Below, in pieces: positions 17,499 to 27,178 of a DNA stretch of 64,000 nucleotides. The notes under the pieces are model-generated. The model did no database searches and was not told the origin of the DNA. It saw nothing but the letters and a program-made list of their open reading frames with translations. The stretch is taken from the IMG/VR virus record IMGVR_UViG_3300034092_002634, positions 18,653 through 82,652 of that record. One strand, 5' to 3'. The translations under genes and the position numbers were made by a program. The DNA is from a virus. Each line of letters begins with the position of its first letter. Position 1 is the stretch's first letter.

Positions 17499-18029
17499 TT
17501 AATGCATAATAATGTACAACATCTCAGTGTCAGGCTGATAACGCTCGACAGTGGCGATGGTGTGACTATTAGTGGTGGTGTAAGTAAGCAAGCCGGATGC
17601 GCCGACGGCAACGCGAGCGCCTGGGACCTTGATATCGGCCGAATTGACAAAACAACCCGAAGTGACGCCGATCTTACCGCGATGCATTGCAACGAGTTCG
17701 CCGGACACAATGAGTGGTTCTTTCCACATGGAACGCTTTACCAAGTATTGCTTTTTGTGGAAGACTGGATCTCCGTAGAGACCACCGTCATTCAAATTGT
17801 AGTTTTTCGTTCCTGGAACAGTGTACCAATCCTCATAAGTTGGGGACGGAAAATTGTCGGGTGGGAAGAATGCGATGAAAACGCCGTGCTGAGTCTCCGC
17901 TGCTGCGTACGAAACAGTAGGCAAATCTTCACGCACACCAGAAGCGCCAACAACAACGGCGCGCCCTTCAACGATTGTTGAAGATGCAACACCCTGCCGG
18001 CTGTGTAACGTGGTTACAATAACTGCCAT
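17499..18029 (-). CDS. Head decoration/cement protein
   Basis: Small beta-rich protein between protease and capsid. Confidence 0.55.
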   Translation of the reverse strand: MAVIVTTLHSRQGVASSTIVEGRAVVVGASGVREDLPTVSYAAAETQHGVFIAFFPPDNFPSPTYEDWYTVPGTKNYNLNDGGLYGDPVFHKKQYLVKRSMWKEPLIVSGELVAMHRGKIGVTSGCFVNSADIKVPGARVAVGASGLLTYTTTNSHTIATVERYQPDTEMLYIIMH

Positions 18030-18103
18030 TTTTAGTTACCTCATTTAAAATTTAGACTAATTCCGTAGTCTTCGGTCTATTCGTCTTACAAAGAAGAAAA
18101 AGG

Positions 18104-19672
18104 CTAGGCCTTGTTACCCTTCTTTAGAAAGTCTGCCAAAGCTTTGGCACTGACTGATTCAGTTCCAGAGCTCTGGGGTTCTGGAATTGAAATAGGTTCC
18201 TTAACGCTTGAATTTGATTTCACAGGAGCTGCTTTACGAAGATCCCCGATAATCTTACTCAACACGTCGTCAGTCAAAGACAAGTAGAATTCCAGTTTCT
18301 GCTCAATCTCACTCTGACTAAACACCGATGAAAGCTCGGCAATTACTTCGTTTTTCCGGGCTTCGGCTTTGGCATGCTGCTCGGCTTCTTCGAAGGCTTG
18401 GATTTTGGTCCGTAAGTCATTTGCTTCCTTCTCCTTCTCAGCCAAGGAGGCTGTAAGTTCTTCAATCTGTTTTTTCAGTTCTTCCATTTCTTCCTTCTCT
18501 TCTGCTACTGAAAGTAGCGGAGTTCTATTTCCATAGGCGGGATTGTCTACGATACAGGTGCCTGCAAAGACTACGTCTTTTAGCCACCTAATACCATCAA
18601 TCTCCTCAGCGGAGGAGTAGTACACTTCCCAGGAGGTTCCAATAAACTCACTATCATCTGCGCGCGATTTAAGCAGTTCGTATACTGCTGGGTACTGATC
18701 CTTCCAAATGAAAGCCCGTCCCATAATTACGTCACGCCCTTGATACGTGTCTACAAAAGCCTCTGTGATGGCTCCTACAGGATGTGCTCCTGTATGACCA
18801 CCGTAGCCATTTTCCGATACCGAAATCTTTATCGGAGTAAGCTTAGAAGTGCGAATTACGTTGTCAATTTCAGATCTGCTAATACCCTCACTGTTTGAGT
18901 TGGGTTCAAAGTCTGTCAGGACAACTTCGATTTCTTTTATGAATGGGTGGTTAATATCCGAGCTTCGCGCAAGGCGTAAACCACCTTTCACAGATGCCGA
19001 ACTTTTTTTGTCAGCTGCGTTCATTTGTTTTACAAGACGAGCAAACCACCCTCTGCCAGATGCTCCACCCCAAAGCAACCAGGAAACCCAAGCTGGGGAA
19101 TCCTTAGGTGCGTTCGCGAACCGAGCATTTCGACCGTAAAACCTGTTACCCATGCGGGCTCTTTCAGGACTTACAGAGTCACCGGACACGTACTTCCGTG
19201 CCCACGCAACTGTTGCAGGCTCTAAACCATTCCCGCTCAACCCTTTCTCGTGTAGAGCTAGGCCACGTTTTGCGGCTGAGCGTACACCAGCAGGAGGAGA
19301 AAAGTTAATATTAGCATAGCGGCCAGCAGAGTAGGATTCACTCGGATCTTCCTCTTCTTTATTATTTGAGTCGGGAACCGGTATAAAATCGGGAATGTTT
19401 AAATCTTCGTTTTCAATAACCCAGAACTTACAGATTGCGTCAGGTTCGATAACTCCTTCTACAACCGCACAGCTATTGCTGTCTTTTGCAAAGAAGGCAC
19501 AATTGAAACACACAAGGCCCTCGGCTTTAAATGGGTTACTTTCTGCCGGAGTATAATGCGATCCCTCGCTATCTGTACCCCATCCAAATTTTCCGTATTC
19601 GTCAGTTATTTGAATTAGCTCCTCAACAAGATCCTCTTGTCGCGGAGAAAGGTATTCTGCTGTTTCTTCCAT
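18104..19672 (-). CDS. Prohead protease/scaffold with N-terminal HiPIP-like Cys domain
   Basis: HPVG...GTSWEV...GTCIVDNPAY protease motifs; C-terminal coiled-coil scaffold; N-terminal CFNC-x8-C-x10-CKFW. Confidence 0.7.
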   Translation of the reverse strand: MEETAEYLSPRQEDLVEELIQITDEYGKFGWGTDSEGSHYTPAESNPFKAEGLVCFNCAFFAKDSNSCAVVEGVIEPDAICKFWVIENEDLNIPDFIPVPDSNNKEEEDPSESYSAGRYANINFSPPAGVRSAAKRGLALHEKGLSGNGLEPATVAWARKYVSGDSVSPERARMGNRFYGRNARFANAPKDSPAWVSWLLWGGASGRGWFARLVKQMNAADKKSSASVKGGLRLARSSDINHPFIKEIEVVLTDFEPNSNSEGISRSEIDNVIRTSKLTPIKISVSENGYGGHTGAHPVGAITEAFVDTYQGRDVIMGRAFIWKDQYPAVYELLKSRADDSEFIGTSWEVYYSSAEEIDGIRWLKDVVFAGTCIVDNPAYGNRTPLLSVAEEKEEMEELKKQIEELTASLAEKEKEANDLRTKIQAFEEAEQHAKAEARKNEVIAELSSVFSQSEIEQKLEFYLSLTDDVLSKIIGDLRKAAPVKSNSSVKEPISIPEPQSSGTESVSAKALADFLKKGNKA

Positions 19673-20437
19673 TTACGTACCTCTCACTAAGTGAACTTCA
19701 AATGTTCCTGCAGCAGTTTCTGAAGGACTGAAAGAAATAATAATCCCGTTTACCGCACTCGCTAACAGCGGAATGCTGGTAATAATTCCTGTCGCTGGTA
19801 CAGATTCGGGAATAAAGCCGTAACGCACATTAGGGCTTAAAGACTTACTAAGAACACTCATATCGGCTGTGAGCGAGCCCAAATCGGCAAAAACGGTAAC
19901 TACACCCGCGGATGCTGACTTAATAGAGAACGATAGCTTTCTCCAGCCAGAACGTATCATCGGCACATAAATAAATCGACCGTTCATATACGAAGTGTCA
20001 AAGAATGTTCCGTAAGGGTCAATAACCTCTAACGATTCAGGTGAAAAAGAGTCAAGACATACAAAAATGTCGTCGTACCCATCTGCAATTGTCGAGATCA
20101 GTTCGTTAACTCTGCCGTCTCCGGCAGTTTTCAACCCACCCTTAGCAGTTACTCTAAGAACAGAAATCTCGTTGTCAACTAACTCAGCATTTGAATTGTT
20201 GAGCGTCTCGCTATAAAAAGTACCCGCACTCGGGAATAGAGTGTCGTTAGCGTTAAACGCTTGTGTGAATGAACCAGTTAAGTTCATTGATACGGGAATA
20301 GGATATTCCTCACTCCCTAAAGAAACACCGCTGGGACTAGTTATTACAAACTGCTGATAATGCGTTGTTGCTTCGTCGTTCAGTATTTCAACTGTACCCA
20401 ATGTAGTCGGTGTTGTTGACGGAATATTAATAGGCAT
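19673..20437 (-). CDS. Hypothetical (possibly structural) protein
   Basis: ORF with GGAGGG RBS before MPINIP. Confidence 0.55.
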   Translation of the reverse strand: MPINIPSTTPTTLGTVEILNDEATTHYQQFVITSPSGVSLGSEEYPIPVSMNLTGSFTQAFNANDTLFPSAGTFYSETLNNSNAELVDNEISVLRVTAKGGLKTAGDGRVNELISTIADGYDDIFVCLDSFSPESLEVIDPYGTFFDTSYMNGRFIYVPMIRSGWRKLSFSIKSASAGVVTVFADLGSLTADMSVLSKSLSPNVRYGFIPESVPATGIITSIPLLASAVNGIIISFSPSETAAGTFEVHLVRGT

Positions 20438-20470
20438 GTAACCCTCCAAAAGTATCCTCTAACAGTATAC

Positions 20471-20878
20471 TTATTTTTCTGTCAGTTTTATTTTGTTAAT
20501 GATCATTCGGACGCTCTCTCTTGAGACTGTTAACCCCGTCATATTACAAATTTTAGTCAGTTTCCGCACAGATAAATTTTTCTCGTAAATGCTTTTAATA
20601 AAAGATTCAATTATGTCTGTAGTTTTGGGTCTGCCTCTTGGTCTGGAAGATCCCCAAAATCTTTCAGGCTCTTTCGATAAATAATCAACTTCATAATTTG
20701 TTGATTCAATTTTTGTTATACGCCGTTGACGGCGCTCCATTGCAACTAATTCTAAAAACCATTCTGACGAAGAGTAAGGCCCATATAAAGAGCGGCAACT
20801 CAAACAGAGAAAATCTCCACTCTTTCTCCGATCATCACAGAATAAACAACGAACATACCTCATAAAATCACCTGACAA
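20471..20878 (-). CDS. Putative transcription regulator (Zn finger, AT-hook, HTH-like)
   Basis: CxxC...CxxC, RPRGRPK, C-terminal LSVRKL...VSRESVR helix-turn-helix-like segment. Confidence 0.5.
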   Translation of the reverse strand: MSGDFMRYVRCLFCDDRRKSGDFLCLSCRSLYGPYSSSEWFLELVAMERRQRRITKIESTNYEVDYLSKEPERFWGSSRPRGRPKTTDIIESFIKSIYEKNLSVRKLTKICNMTGLTVSRESVRMIINKIKLTEK

Positions 20879-21062
20879 GTAAATTTGGGTATAATTACCC
20901 CGTTAGTATCTTACCACGAAAACAAGATGTCTCTGCTTTCTTAGTCTCTAACGGAATTCTAATACAAAGGAGTTGACAGGATTGTTATAATCCCTACAGA
21001 AGAAAAAAAAAGAATCGCATATAACATATGTTTACATATTAGATATTAAGTCTAATATGTTT

Positions 21063-21091
21063 TTGTATTTTGAAGAAAAATATGATATATT
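21063..21091 (+). promoter_or_regulatory. Sigma70-type promoter for mazG-nrdJ-terminase operon
   Basis: TTGTAT-N17-TATATT with extended TG, in an AT-rich divergent gap; RBS AGGAGG follows. Confidence 0.55.
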
Positions 21092-21124
21092 GTTCATGTG
21101 TTTAATATTATCTAGGAGGGGTAG

Positions 21125-21463
21125 ATGGAAAAGGAATTGACTTGGTCTGAGTATCAAGAGTTTGTGGTGTCTACTAAGCGGTATTCCGAAAACTATCGAT
21201 TGTTATACCCAGTTCTTGGTCTTGCTTCTGAGGCAGGTGAAGTTGCTGGTAAGTTAAAGAAGATTCTCCGCGATAACAACGGAGAAATTTCTGAAGAGCA
21301 GGCTGGAAAATTATTTGACGAACTTTCCGATGTACTTTGGTACGTCACCTGCTGCCTAGATGATCTTGGATTGAGTCTTGAGGCATTGGCGCACTACAAT
21401 GTCGCAAAACTAACATCCCGTGTAGATCGCGGAGTTATCCAAGGTGATGGCGATAATCGATGA
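21125..21463 (+). CDS. mazG: MazG-like nucleotide pyrophosphohydrolase
   Basis: LGLASEAGEVAGKLKK...DELSDVLWY...N..KL..R..RG.I.G.GDNR. Confidence 0.9.
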   Translation: MEKELTWSEYQEFVVSTKRYSENYRLLYPVLGLASEAGEVAGKLKKILRDNNGEISEEQAGKLFDELSDVLWYVTCCLDDLGLSLEALAHYNVAKLTSRVDRGVIQGDGDNR

Positions 21464-21741
21464 GGTTCCGCATTGTTGACTGGGCTGAGTCAGAGGGAAT
21501 TTTTTCTGTTAGGTTTGTAGTGTCATCTAACAAAGACGATCGACTTGAGTCCTATGTTGTGAGCATCCCGTTTAACGGAGAAGACCCTCAGTTGTTTATG
21601 AATAAGCTACGTAACAATATGGTTAGTTACGTAGCTTATCTCGATAATATGAAGTCAGTTAAGAGTGTTATGACTGACTTTGCGTTTACAGACCCGACCG
21701 TTCATTATTATGAGAATATAGGAGTAAGTGATGTTACTTAG
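21460..21741 (+). CDS. Hypothetical protein
   Basis: Coupled ORF between mazG and nrdJ. Confidence 0.55.
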   Translation: MRFRIVDWAESEGIFSVRFVVSSNKDDRLESYVVSIPFNGEDPQLFMNKLRNNMVSYVAYLDNMKSVKSVMTDFAFTDPTVHYYENIGVSDVT

Positions 21742-23881
21742 CAAATCGTTCCTAAACAAATTTGAAGACAATCCACAATGGCCGAGCTTGCTCGGTCAAT
21801 TTGTCTACCTGCGTACTTATAGCCGCTACCTGCCAAACAAAAAACGCAGAGAAACTTGGAAAGAGACTGTTACTCGTGTTGTCGAGTACAGCATGGGCTT
21901 GGATACTATAACTGATCGAGTAAAGCAGGAAGCAGAAGCGCGCAAACTTTTTGAATCAATGTACAATCTTTCAGTATTCCCGGCCGGCCGCACTTTGTGG
22001 ACTGGCGGAACTGAAGCCGCTAAAAAATACCCGCTGTCAAATTTTAACTGCTCGTTTATGATTGTAGACGACGTGCAAGCTTTTCTTGACGCGTTTTACT
22101 TAATGATGCTGGGAACAGGCGTAGGTTTTCGTGTACTTCCTCAAGATGTAGTTCAGTTTCCGCCAATTATTACTGGTGTGGCTATTGAGCATAAAGAATA
22201 CACCGCTAAACGCAAAGCAGATCGTGAAGAGAACTCACGCTACGCCATTGACAGCGACGTAATGTATCTTTCGGTAGGTGACAGCAAGGAAGGCTGGGTG
22301 TGGGGCTTAGAAGCCTTGTTTGAAGCTTTCTTTAAGGGTTACAAAAAGATTGTTGTCGATTACGACAGCGTTCGTCCTGCTGGCGAGCAACTTAAGACTT
22401 TTGGCGGTCGCGCTAGCGGTCATGTAGCATTGCGGGATATGTATGAGAAGATTGTCAAAGTGCTTAACGAGGGCACTGACCGCCTTTCGACGCTGCAGGC
22501 TATGGATGTAATGAATTTAATTGGCGAGGCAGTTGTTGTCGGCGGTGTTCGACGGTCTTCCGAAATTACGCTGTTTGACATTAATGATACTGCTGTTCTC
22601 GATGCAAAAGTCGACCTCTGGTCCGATCCCGCCAAAGAAGACAAGCGGTTTCGCTCAATGAGTAACAATTCTGTTTACTTCACTGAGAAACCAACCAAAG
22701 AGCAGCTTACACAGCTTTTCAGCCGCATCTTGAACAATGGTGAGCCGGGTTTCATTAATGCCGAAGCTGCTTCAAAACGCCGTCCTTGGTACGCTGGTAC
22801 AAATCCTTGCGCTGAAATTCTTTTGGCCGACAACGGTGTTTGTAATTTAAGCGAGATCAACGTTCGCAACTTCGTCAAGAATGACGAGTACGGCGGGTAT
22901 CTTGATATGATTGAGCTCGAAGGAGCAGTCGTTCAAGCTACGCGCCTTGGAGTCCGCATGGCTACACTTGAGCTTGAGCTGCCTCACTGGAATAAAGTGC
23001 AGCAACGAGATCGATTAACAGGAGTTAGTTTAACCGGTTATGTTGAGGCGTTTGACGCCCTTGGTGTCTCAACTACTGAAGAAGACTTGAACGCTATTCG
23101 CGTTATCGACCGAGATGGTGGAGGCCGTCCACGTTTGCGGTTTTACACATTGCGCGATGTCTTGGCAATTATCGGTTCAGTTGCTCAAGAAACAGCTTTA
23201 GGATACTCTGCCGAACTTCGTATCCCAGCCCCACTTCTGGTAACCACTGTAAAGCCGTCTGGTACAATTGCACAGCTTCCTACGGTATCGAGCGGTGCAC
23301 ACGCCTCCTACGCCCCCCTGTACGTCCGACGCGTGCGTATCTCGTCGAAAGACCCGCTGGCTCAGGCTATGCGCGAGTCAGGGTATCCGATCTTCCCAGA
23401 AGCCACCTCATGCATGCCTGAAGTTTTTGCATCTATGAGCGACGCAGACAAAGAAGAGACACTCAAGAATGCGCTGACTTGGGTTGTCGAATTCCCAATT
23501 AAAACGTCAGCAAAGAAGGCGTCTGCGGAGGAAAGTGCTGTCGAGCAACTTAACCGATACTTTATTTTGCAAAAATACTGGACGGACCACAACACGTCGA
23601 TTACGGTGACGTTCAGCCCTGAAGAGGTTGACGACATTATTGAGTTGCTGCTCCGCAAGTGGGAGAATTATATTGGCGTTTCATTCCTTCCGAAGTTTAC
23701 AACTGCTTACCCACTTATGCCTTATCAAGCGATTGACGAGGAAGAGTATCAGCGGCGGCTTGCAGAAGTCTCGGGCGTGACAGGGAAATCTATTATTGAA
23801 CTTCTCGAAAAACACGAGAACGTAGAGGTAGACGACGATCTAGGTACCGACTGTGAAGGCGGCGCATGCCCCATACGCTGA
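21728..23881 (+). CDS. nrdJ: Class II (B12-dependent) ribonucleotide reductase
   Basis: FPAGRTLW, NFNC, TNPCAEI, TTVKPSGT, C-terminal CEGGACP. Confidence 0.95.
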   Translation: MMLLSKSFLNKFEDNPQWPSLLGQFVYLRTYSRYLPNKKRRETWKETVTRVVEYSMGLDTITDRVKQEAEARKLFESMYNLSVFPAGRTLWTGGTEAAKKYPLSNFNCSFMIVDDVQAFLDAFYLMMLGTGVGFRVLPQDVVQFPPIITGVAIEHKEYTAKRKADREENSRYAIDSDVMYLSVGDSKEGWVWGLEALFEAFFKGYKKIVVDYDSVRPAGEQLKTFGGRASGHVALRDMYEKIVKVLNEGTDRLSTLQAMDVMNLIGEAVVVGGVRRSSEITLFDINDTAVLDAKVDLWSDPAKEDKRFRSMSNNSVYFTEKPTKEQLTQLFSRILNNGEPGFINAEAASKRRPWYAGTNPCAEILLADNGVCNLSEINVRNFVKNDEYGGYLDMIELEGAVVQATRLGVRMATLELELPHWNKVQQRDRLTGVSLTGYVEAFDALGVSTTEEDLNAIRVIDRDGGGRPRLRFYTLRDVLAIIGSVAQETALGYSAELRIPAPLLVTTVKPSGTIAQLPTVSSGAHASYAPLYVRRVRISSKDPLAQAMRESGYPIFPEATSCMPEVFASMSDADKEETLKNALTWVVEFPIKTSAKKASAEESAVEQLNRYFILQKYWTDHNTSITVTFSPEEVDDIIELLLRKWENYIGVSFLPKFTTAYPLMPYQAIDEEEYQRRLAEVSGVTGKSIIELLEKHENVEVDDDLGTDCEGGACPIR

Positions 23882-23903
23882 CAAATTATTAGATACATTG
23901 ATG

Positions 23904-23936
23904 AGAGATAGTCTGCACTTTAGCGGACTATCTCTC
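23904..23936 (+). terminator. Stem-loop after nrdJ
   Basis: GAGAGATAGTC/GACTATCTCTC inverted repeat; no clear U tract. Confidence 0.45.
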
Positions 23937-23952
23937 GCAAATTGGAGGAAGA

Positions 23953-24603
23953 ATGGCAAGAAATCGAAGGTTTGATGAGATTTTGAAGGATTATTCCGAC
24001 AAGTATGACCTTGCTACGCTTTCATCTCCAAATGACAAAGCTAATTTGGAGATGCTTATTAACAATCAAATTATTGTTGAAAGCGTTCAGGCCAAACTTC
24101 AAGAACTTACGCAGGATGATCCTGTTGACAACATCGATATGATTCAGCGACTCAGCTCTTCCCTTAAGGACATTATTGAGCGTAATCTTCAATTAGAACG
24201 CGCACTAGCTCTGGACCGCAAAACAAGAAACCAGAACTCTTCAGAATCAGTCGCTGAATACATTGTCCATCTTAAGCAAACAGCACAGGAGTTTTTAGAG
24301 AAACGTCTTGTTCGTATGTATTGCCCTAACTGTAAGATCTTGCTGGCTCGTTTTTCAATTATGCACGATCACAGCGCGTTTGCTCTAAAAGTAAACTGCA
24401 ATCAGTGTAACAAGTCGGTAAGTGCAGAACGTGAGGAAAAAGACATCTTTTTTGACATTAAAGATTCGGGCTGGAGAAAGAAACATAAGTACTCAGTTAA
24501 AAGTGCTAAATCTTCTGGATCGAGCAGCTCGGACATAGAAGATGACATTGTTCTTGAAGACGAGGACCAGGAGGAAAATTTAAATGCTGAAAGCGAAGAT
24601 TGA
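23953..24603 (+). CDS. Putative terminase small subunit
   Basis: Immediately upstream of TerL; helical with a CxxC..CxxC Zn ribbon. Confidence 0.5.
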   Translation: MARNRRFDEILKDYSDKYDLATLSSPNDKANLEMLINNQIIVESVQAKLQELTQDDPVDNIDMIQRLSSSLKDIIERNLQLERALALDRKTRNQNSSESVAEYIVHLKQTAQEFLEKRLVRMYCPNCKILLARFSIMHDHSAFALKVNCNQCNKSVSAEREEKDIFFDIKDSGWRKKHKYSVKSAKSSGSSSSDIEDDIVLEDEDQEENLNAESED

Positions 24604-27178
24604 CGACGCAGAGTTGGCGTTAATTGAGGTTTTGGAGGATCCTGTGTGGTTGAACGAATTCCTTCGCTCTACAAATAACGGCGATATGAACCGTTCAAAC
24701 TGGCCTTCCGAGGAATTCACTTTTCGCCCTTATCAAAAAGAAATCTTGACCGACCAGACACGACACGTAGTAATCACTGGTGGCCGAGCAATCGGAAAAT
24801 GCCAACCAGCCTCCGCTAAGGTTTTTACAAACGAGGGGTATAAAACAATTACGGATCTTCTTAAGAAGCCATCTTTTGTTACCTATGGTTATTCCGTGAA
24901 CGGTGATTTTACACAACGGCGTGCTTTTGTGCGTAAAGACAGGTGGAAGAAGTGCTACTCAATTACTACTAAATCAGGACATATGCTTAAGGCAACGGAC
25001 GTTCATCCTGTAATGACTCCAAAAGGATTTATCTTAATGGCGGATCTTCAAGTCGGTGATTTAGTTGCGGTTATGAATAAATTGCCAACTGATCACTGCG
25101 TCAGTAACACACTGAGTTGGGCGGAACTTCGCATACTTGGTTATTTAGCAGCAGGTAGTATTTACTTCAAGCCCGCAGGAGGCATTGTCCCTCGTTACAA
25201 GAGAATAGATGCCGAGATTAAAGAGATAGCAAACTCACTGTACCTCAACTATCGTAAAGACAGCGAAGGTCGCGTTTATATAGAGCGCATGAAGGCTGGC
25301 GGAGTCCGTCACTATCTGAATCAGCTCAAGATTGAACTTGGGGCTTACGGCAAAGACTATAGACGAGTTTTTAAACTTGACTGGCTAAAGACGCAGCGCA
25401 CTGAAAACATAAAAACGTTTCTCGAGGCTGCTTACGCTCAGCACGGTGAGCTGACTCTCGATCGCGTGGCTATTAAACTGCACAACTGGAAATACGTGCA
25501 GGACTGGCAAGAACTTCTGCTTTACTTCGGCGTAAAAACGCGATCGTACAAGGTTGCTGATCACGCAGACGAGCATCACATATTTGACATAGACGACTCA
25601 CAATGGATTGTTGAATCGTACGACAAAAACGCCGCTCACGTTTTTTGGAACCAGTTCAAAGTTCCCGGAGTTTCGGCATCCATAAAGGATCCCGCTTTGG
25701 TATCGAGTGACTGGTACTGTTGGGAGCCCATTAGTAGTAAGCAGCGCCACGGAATGCAGCTGACATACTCTGTTCATGTTTACCACGACGAAACATACAT
25801 CAGTGAGAATGTTGTTGTGCACAATTCTGTAATTTTAGAAGATCTAATAACTTATCAGGTTCTAAACTCTGCAATCGAGTTTCCAAAAACTCCAGAACAG
25901 CTTATGGTTACGCCTAACAGCAACCAATTGAATCCTATTCTAGACAAAGTTATTTTAAAGTTTACAATTTCCCCGCTGCTTAAGGACTTTTTGAACAATA
26001 ACGTAAACCGATCTAAAGGTACGTTAGACTTTCAAATGGGTACTCGAAGACATCGGTTAAATGCGCGTATTGCAGGCAGTCGCGGTGAAAATAACTTGGT
26101 TGGTCTTCACATTCCCAAAATTATGGGAGACGAGTTTCAGCTGTTTCCCATGCCTGCATTTGATCAAATGCAGCCAACGCTAAATACCTGGGAACCGAAA
26201 GTGGAAGAACGATACTTCGGTGTTCCTAACGGAATGAGAAATACGGCTTTGTATGTCTTAGACGTAAAAACACCAAAGTTTAAGAAGTACCGTATTCCCG
26301 CACCAAATAACCCTTACTTTACAAAAGAGGACTGGGACGATGCTTTGTCTAAATACGGTGGTGAATCTGCAGATATCTTTCAGCAGTTAATTCTGGGTAA
26401 GCACGGATCTCCCTCGTTCCAGGTTATTTCTCGTGATCAAATGAAAATACTGCCGTTTGATTTCTACACGTATCGATACAGTTCCAACGAAAAAGATAAA
26501 GGTAGAACATATCAAGAGGCTTTGCCAGTCGTCAAGATACCCAAGTGCGACAGCGTTATTTTCGCAATAGACACCGGCTTTAGCGATCCGACAATTATAC
26601 AAGTAATTGGATTGATTGATAATGTTTGGCATTCGCTGGTTCGTTACAGAATACAGCGTATTGACTATCCGGAACAAGAAAAAATTATAGACTACCTCGC
26701 GCGCGGGTACAACGCAAGCAGAATCGCCATCGACGTAGGAGCTGGCGGCGGAGGGGCAGGAATTGTACAGAGTCTTAAAACTCGTCCCGAATTCGCCTCA
26801 AGTAATTACGCAGCCAGAATAGAAGCAATTCAGTTCAACGAAAAGGTGGGCGTAGGCTCTATCTCCGACGAACAGGAAATAACTGAGTCGTTTAAAGCTT
26901 GGGCAACCACTGAGTTAATTCGTCAAATTACCAACGGGAATCTTGTATTTTCCGAGGTAGACGCTGAGGGTATTTCACAGTTAGAGCGCGTAGCTCGACA
27001 ACGCAGAGCTTCAGGACACATGCACTACTACGTCGTATCCCCACGCGGACACGGTGAGAGTAATGATGACCACATCTACGCAAGCTATCTTTGTTTTATT
27101 GGCGCACTTCGTCTTCCGGTGGTTGCTCCTAAAAGCAACACATTGGCACGATCAGCAGCCTATCACACAGTGAGGTGA
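24584..27178 (+). CDS. terL: Terminase large subunit (intein-containing)
   Basis: RPYQ Q motif, Walker A GGRAIGK|S, Walker B IMGDE, nuclease AIDTGFSD...DDH. Confidence 0.9.
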   Translation: MLKAKIDDAELALIEVLEDPVWLNEFLRSTNNGDMNRSNWPSEEFTFRPYQKEILTDQTRHVVITGGRAIGKCQPASAKVFTNEGYKTITDLLKKPSFVTYGYSVNGDFTQRRAFVRKDRWKKCYSITTKSGHMLKATDVHPVMTPKGFILMADLQVGDLVAVMNKLPTDHCVSNTLSWAELRILGYLAAGSIYFKPAGGIVPRYKRIDAEIKEIANSLYLNYRKDSEGRVYIERMKAGGVRHYLNQLKIELGAYGKDYRRVFKLDWLKTQRTENIKTFLEAAYAQHGELTLDRVAIKLHNWKYVQDWQELLLYFGVKTRSYKVADHADEHHIFDIDDSQWIVESYDKNAAHVFWNQFKVPGVSASIKDPALVSSDWYCWEPISSKQRHGMQLTYSVHVYHDETYISENVVVHNSVILEDLITYQVLNSAIEFPKTPEQLMVTPNSNQLNPILDKVILKFTISPLLKDFLNNNVNRSKGTLDFQMGTRRHRLNARIAGSRGENNLVGLHIPKIMGDEFQLFPMPAFDQMQPTLNTWEPKVEERYFGVPNGMRNTALYVLDVKTPKFKKYRIPAPNNPYFTKEDWDDALSKYGGESADIFQQLILGKHGSPSFQVISRDQMKILPFDFYTYRYSSNEKDKGRTYQEALPVVKIPKCDSVIFAIDTGFSDPTIIQVIGLIDNVWHSLVRYRIQRIDYPEQEKIIDYLARGYNASRIAIDVGAGGGGAGIVQSLKTRPEFASSNYAARIEAIQFNEKVGVGSISDEQEITESFKAWATTELIRQITNGNLVFSEVDAEGISQLERVARQRRASGHMHYYVVSPRGHGESNDDHIYASYLCFIGALRLPVVAPKSNTLARSAAYHTVR
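24800..25825 (+). mobile_element. Intein (342 aa) with degenerate LAGLIDADG-like region
   Basis: Starts CQPASAKV, block B ATDVHPVMT, ends VVVHN followed by S+1; removal restores GGRAIGKS. Confidence 0.92.

Noticed and set aside
20974-20992. TTGACA...TATAAT promoter
   Set aside because: Spacer is only about 6 nt.
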